Assembly (NCBI RefSeq): GCF_001194135.2
Contig: NC_068982.1
Coordinates: forward strand, 4,108,426 to 4,150,221
Length of the DNA: 41,796 nucleotides
Source: Octopus bimaculoides
Lineage: Eukaryota
Direction of reading: 5' to 3'
Shown here: positions 36,446 to 41,796 of the stretch, one piece after another
Layout: the number at the start of each line of letters is the position of its first letter
Position numbering within the stretch: position 1 is the stretch's first letter
The notes under the pieces: generated by a model
Told to the model about the DNA's origin: nothing
Databases searched by the model: none
What the model saw: the letters and a program-made list of their open reading frames with translations, nothing else
Position numbers and translations under genes: made by a program

Positions 36446-38497
36446 TCTCATGCATATAGTTGCATATCTAGACATGCTCATATATATTTAAATGATAAAC
36501 TTCTGCAACGTTTTACAAATTTTACAGTTCCAGTGATGGATTGGATCTGTAGTCTTGGAATTAGCTTTCTCCTTTCTGGTCCTGAGAAGCCTAATTTCTC
36601 AAGATTGGTATTTGGGTACTGTGTTACATATCCCAGCGCCCCAATAATTACAGGTATAAACCTGACCTTGTAATCTGGATAGAGTAACTGCAGATTTCTC
36701 AATAGTTCAGCATAGGTGTTCTCTTTTTCACTGATCTCCAGCTTTATGTTAACATCCGTTGGGCAGCTAATTTCCAAAAGTGTGCACAGTTTCTCTTCTC
36801 TATCCCAAATCATTATATCAGGCATGTTGTGATTACATTTTATTAAGGTCTTCACTGGAACATTCCACCAATATTCCTTTTTATTATGAGTGGCTATGGC
36901 TTCTACCATATTCTGAGTTCTTACTTCTTTGTCCTTGGGATTATCCTTCCGACGGATTTCATTATAGAGTGTCCTAGCTACAACGTCATGTCTCATCGGT
37001 AGATAATACCGTGATGACAGTTTCAGACAACTGCTCATGATGTGGGAGATATCTTCAGTGTGAACTCCACAGAGTCTGCATCGGTTGTCACATNNNNNNN
37101 NNNTCTTTTTCACTGATCTCCAGCTTTATGTTAACATCCGTTGGGCAGCTAATTTCCAAAAGTGTGCACAGTTTCTCTTCTCTATCCCAAATCATTATAT
37201 CAGGCATGTTGTGATTACATTTTATTAAGGTCTTCACTGGAACATTCCACCAATATTCCTTTTTATTATGAGTGGCTATGGCTTCTACCATATTCTGAGT
37301 TCTTACTTCTTTGTCCTTGGGATTATCCTTCCGACGGATTTCATTATAGAGTGTCCTAGCTACAACGTCATGTCTCATCGGTAGATAATACCGTGATGAC
37401 AGTTTCAGACAACTGCTCATGATGTGGGAGATATCTTCAGTGTGAACTCCACAGAGTCTGCATCGGTTGTCACATTTTACGGCTTTTCCTGCATCTCTAT
37501 CCTTTTTATGCATCAGGTACTTGGTTGATATTTCCTGTTTCTGGATTGCAGACGCATACCCTTCAAAGCGGGAGATAGTAATCCGGCTATTATTCGTCCA
37601 TGATAGACTGTTTTGATGATCAATGTTACTATCATTACGGAGTTTTCTACTAACATATCCATGCATAGTCTTCTGCTCATATAGGCTCATCCTTTCATCT
37701 GATGATATGTTGCGGTAGAGTCGTGCAACTTCTTTGAGCATGTATTCCAGGTTATCAGACAAAGAGTGTTGCTCAAGGAGCTGCCTTCCAAGTTTTATGA
37801 TGTTATCAGCCTCATGTATGCAAACTTAGTCAAGGGATGAATTTCGACACTTTGTGCTTAAAAGATGTTGCCGTAGGGATATGACGCGACCTTCAAAGGC
37901 ATTTTGGTTCGATGTTAAGCCTCTGCCGCCTTGTTTTCATTTTAGGTAGAGGCGTTCTATGTCACTGTTTATGTGGAAATTTGTGTGCTTGTTAGTATTT
38001 TTCGGGTTTTCACATCAATGGCCCGGATCTCATCAAGCGTCCAATCAAACAGCCCAAATGTTGTTATGAGTACTGGCACTACAAACACATTGTGGGCCAC
38101 TGTTTTATTGAATGCAGAGAGTTCTGAGGTCCAAAATTTCTTTATTCGGCTGTAACATTCTTTAGTGACACGTGTTTTGCTACAGGTGCCACTGTAAAAT
38201 ATATTTTCATCCACCCCTAGATACCTGTAATATTCCTCAACAGATACAGGAGAGATAGTCAAATCATTAATGGAGATGTAACTAGGCTGGTTTATAGTTT
38301 CCCCCTTTTCACAACCATATAACAACATTTATCCTGACCAAACTCCAATCCTACATTCCTTGAGAATGTTGTAACTAGGTCAAGGCTCTTTTTCATTTCG
38401 TGCATATTCTTTGCGTAAAGCTTTAAGTCATCCACAAAGAAACTGTGTAATTTTGGTATTTCTGTTTCCTTGTGAACCAGTGAGATATCCTTCAGGC
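36446..38497 (-). mobile_element. 5'-truncated R4/Dong-type non-LTR retrotransposon (RT, CCHC knuckle, RLE endonuclease), decayed
   Basis: RT motif HSFFVDDLKLYAK...FSRNVGLEFGQDKC, zinc knuckle CRLCGVHTEDISHIMSSC, RHDVVA, and PDIMIWD...LLEISCP (PD..E RLE). The probable true stop is TAA at 36490-36488, followed by a 3' UTR of about 40 bp. It has frameshifts and a 372-bp gap-overlap duplication. Confidence 0.9.
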
Positions 38498-38983
38498 TAT
38501 GTATGTATGTATGTATGTATGTATGTATGTATATNNNNNNNNNNNNNNNNNNNNNNNNNNNNNNNNNNNNNNNNNNNNNNNNNNNNNNNNNNNNNNNNNN
38601 NNNNNNNNNNNNNNNNNNNNNNNNNNNNNNNNNNNNNNNNNNNNNNNNNNNNNNNNNNNNNNNNNNNNNNNNNNNNNNNNNNNNNNNNNNNNNNNNNNNN
38701 NNNNNNNNNNNNNNNNNNNNNNNNNNNNNNNNNNNNNNNNNNNNNNNNNNNNNNNNNNNNNNNNNNNNNNNNNNNNNNNNNNNNNNNNNNNNNNNNNNNN
38801 NNNNNNNNNNNNNNNNNNNNNNNNNNNNNNNNNNNNNNNNNNNNNNNNNNNNNNNNNNNNNNNNNNNNNNNNNNNNNNNNNNNNNNNNNNNNNNNNNNNN
38901 NNNNNNNNNNNNNNNNNNNNNNNNNNNNNNNTGTGTGTGTATGTGTGTGTGTGTGTGTGTGTGTATGTGTGTGTGTGTGTGTG

Positions 38984-39031
<48 letters not shown>

Positions 39032-40063
39032 TATGTGTTTGTATGTATTTAAGCATAATTACCCCACCCGCATATAGTATATAGGTAACAGTTTTATTTT
39101 TCATGTTGCTGGCGTCTGTGATTAATCTTTGAATATGTTAATTCTATCAGGCCTTCTCGTGTACAGTATTAGATCTCTACTTAATGATTCTCTCACCGCT
39201 ACATCAACCGCTGCAGTGAAGTCTATGCTTCGTTGAGGATGTTTAATGAGACTGATACATCTGTGAAGCTGTCCACCGTAATTGCAGAAATAATTAATAT
39301 GTTATTGGTCACTGAGCTAAAATCCATTTTTCCTCATCACTGCATTAAGTATGGTAACATTAACTGAACATATATGTATATGACGTGTGTGTATTGTGTG
39401 ATCTTACTCAAATATAAAGCATATCAATACTTTAATCTGATCTATTTCTTTCAGATTTATCGTAATTAAAAATCTAATGCTTCAAAGCAAAGTGTGTTAT
39501 CTAGGAAAGAATACATTATCATTTGCACTTAATTTTAAGAAGAATTGAAATTCTAAAACATCTTTCGATATTATTAATTCTCTCGCAGTGATTCTTTCTG
39601 AGAAAAAGATAAATTCCTTGTGACGTTAACAGAACGGCTCTGCGGAACACGTGACATTGATTGCATCTTCAACGTTTTGTATATTTTCTCCCTCCAGCAA
39701 AAGAACTGTTTTTAACATAATTAGGCTTAACTGTACTTAAATGATATCTGGAGATGTTAGTGTTGGTTACATTGTCGGCTGTTGTTTAGTTCGAGGTCGG
39801 TGTTGATTGATAAGATTAATGGTCAAAAGCTTTCCTGACAGAATCAACCTGTCCTGTCTCTCAAGACATCTTGTGTTTAATACTACATTATCCTCTATAG
39901 TCTTAAATATCCTCCTTATTACATGTTTAAGGTTATATGCTTAGGGGATTTCACTGCTGTTTCTAATAGGCTGAACAACTACATAGTACAGCTGTTCCCA
40001 AATTTTTACCATCGCGAAAATCAATAAATCTCTGTGACAAATAAAATTTGAATTTCTAAAATA

Positions 40064-40500
40064 TTGTGTTGAGTCACCAGTTTTTGTTATATTTTGGTAA
40101 CTTATTTGCTTTATTGGTCAAGTTTCAGCAAAAGCAGTCGAGCATTCAAAGAAGAGGTCATCGTGTTGCATCGTCTGAAACCATCTTTCTGCCAGTTCTT
40201 TAATCCCACTCTGATACCAGTTCTTGTCCTTCGAGGTGAAGAAATTCTTCACTAATGTTTCCACCCCTTCTTGGTTGATGAAGCGTCGCGAGCGCATGAA
40301 GTGAGCCATGGTTGGAAACAAAGTAATAATCCGAGGGAGGTATGTCCGGACTATATGCTTGGTGCAGTATTAATTCGATTCCCTCAAGTTCCAAAAGTTT
40401 ATTCCAGGTTGTTCGAGTGGTATGATGTCTTGCGTTCTCTCGTTGCAGAATAGTTTGATTTCTGTTAACCAATGCCGGCTATTTTTGCTGCACAAAATAT
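40064..40500 (-). mobile_element. mariner (DD34D-type) 3' remnant with terminal TIR
   Basis: Degenerate ENARHH...AYSPDIPPSDYYF...FFTSKDKNWYQSGIKELAERW, corresponding to HDNARPH...YSPDLAPSDY. TA|TTGTGTTGAG-like end at 40062-40073. Confidence 0.8.
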
Positions 40501-40558
40501 TACTTGTTCCGATCCATGGCTTACTTCCTGCGCTCATGACGCTACATCTGCCTTTCCG

Positions 40559-40599
40559 GTTTCTGAGGAGCTAATCACTCTGAAATGCATGCATCCAAC
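40559..40599 (+). ncRNA. Degenerate hammerhead ribozyme, same family as 14027-14070
   Basis: GTTT-CTGA[3-nt deletion]GGAG-CTAATCA-CTCT-GAA-ATGCATGCAT-C-CAAC, with a perfect 10-nt palindrome. Confidence 0.6.
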
Positions 40600-41193
40600 A
40601 GACTGAACAGGTGGCGCTGTGAGCTGATTTGGTGTATTTACATCCTTTTGTCCAAAGCGAGAAATTTCCTCCATGAGAAAATACAGTGAATAGTTTTATA
40701 ACGGGCTCGAATATACCTCAAGCATATTTGAACTGTTAACAAGTTTGAACGTATTATCATTAGTGTTTCATTTTAAGAACCGAAATTCTAAAATACTTTC
40801 AGTACCATTAATTCTTTGACAGTGATTCTATCTGACAAAAAGATAAATTACTGCCCACGTTAAAAGAATTGTTAACGAATTAAATGATAAGTGACATTGT
40901 ATTTTCAATATTTAAGATAGATTTTTTTTCTTCCACTAGAAAAGAAACAGAATATGAACGTCTGTTTGTTTTTTAACACAATGAGGCATTTCTAGAGTTA
41001 AACGGAGATCTGGAGGAACTTAACTGATGTTAATTCTGGCCGTAGTGCTCGTGTTGTCGTTATGTTATTTATTCGGAGTCGGTCCTGATTGACAAAACCT
41101 GTGATCAATGACAATCTGAACAGGACCAATCCATCTCCCCCCCCAGACATCTTGTATCTAATACTATAGTTTGATATTATATCTTATCTTTTA

Positions 41194-41796
41194 TTAGTTT
41201 GTCAAGAAAGTTCTTGTGGAATTTTTAATTTTGGTTTTAAATAATGTATTTTCAAATTAATTTTCGTTAAATTACTTTGACTTTATATATCATTTTAAAG
41301 CCCGTTTTTCGCTCTATCTAATCGTATTACTCTTTATCTTTTTGAACAATTAGGCCATTTTTTCAGAACGTTGAATACAACATGGACAAAAAACAAATTC
41401 GCACAATTTTCTTATTCCAATTTAAGCTAGGCCGAAAAGCTGCTGAAACAGCTCGCGATATCAACGATGCGTTTGGCCCAGGAACCACTAATGAACGTAC
41501 AGCACAATGGTGGTTCAAGAAATTTCGTAGCGGTGACGAGAGTCTTGAAGATGATAAGCGTAGTGGTTGGCCATCGGATGTTGACAACGATCAACTAAGA
41601 GCCATAGTCGAAGCCGATACACGCACAACTGTTCGAGATCTTGCTTCTGAATTAGACGTAACGTATACGATAATTTCCAACCACTTGAAAGAGATTGGAA
41701 AAACAGAAATACTTGAGAAATGGGTGCCGCACGAATTCAATGACAACAAAAAAAAAAACTCGCCGTTTTGAAGTGTCGTCTTCCCTTCTTTTACGC
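41194..41796 (+). mobile_element. Hsmar1-like (cecropia subfamily) mariner, 5' part; ORF starts at 41382 and the element is cut by the window end
   Basis: MDKKQIRTIFLFQFKLGRKAAETARDINDAFGPGTTNERTAQWWFKKF...KWVPHE, then after a +1 slip in an 11-A run, RRFEVSSSLLLR. Putative left TIR is TA|TTAGTTTGTCAAGAAAGTTC. Confidence 0.88.

Noticed and set aside
968-39104. Many ORFs of HT/CV/YI dipeptides or X runs, and 60-160 aa ORFs over SINEs or antisense to transposons (e.g. 12711-13202)
   Set aside because: Artefacts of microsatellites, N-gaps or repeat antisense strands.

Overview
This is AT-rich, repeat-dense eukaryotic scaffold DNA with 8 N-gaps, six of them next to microsatellites. The SINE families look like those I recall from octopus (coleoid cephalopod) genomes; that is inference, not a search result. 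I found no host protein-coding gene I can support, and most ORF-track entries are microsatellite or N-gap artefacts. Recognisable content: (1) decayed DNA transposons, namely a Tc1 DD34E copy (16.6-17.7 kb), two maT/DD37D copies (12.5-13.2 kb and 23.6-24.5 kb), two mariner copies including an Hsmar1-like one at the right edge, and a 67-bp Tigger-like hairpin MITE; (2) LINE remnants, namely an R4/Dong-type element with a restriction-like endonuclease flanked on both sides by (TACA)n, CR1-group 3' ends, RTE 3' ends, a decayed L1/Tx1-like ORF1 and a Penelope-like RT fragment; (3) several dozen tRNA-derived SINE copies from about 4 modular families. The main hidden signal is six dispersed type I hammerhead ribozyme (HHR) motifs from about four sequence families (2991-3035, 9870-9904, 13600-13653, 14027-14070, 32098-32134, 40559-40599). 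All have, or clearly derive from, a palindromic helix III, the dimer-cleaving architecture known from Penelope-like elements. They sit in short non-coding repeats, away from any intact Penelope ORF.
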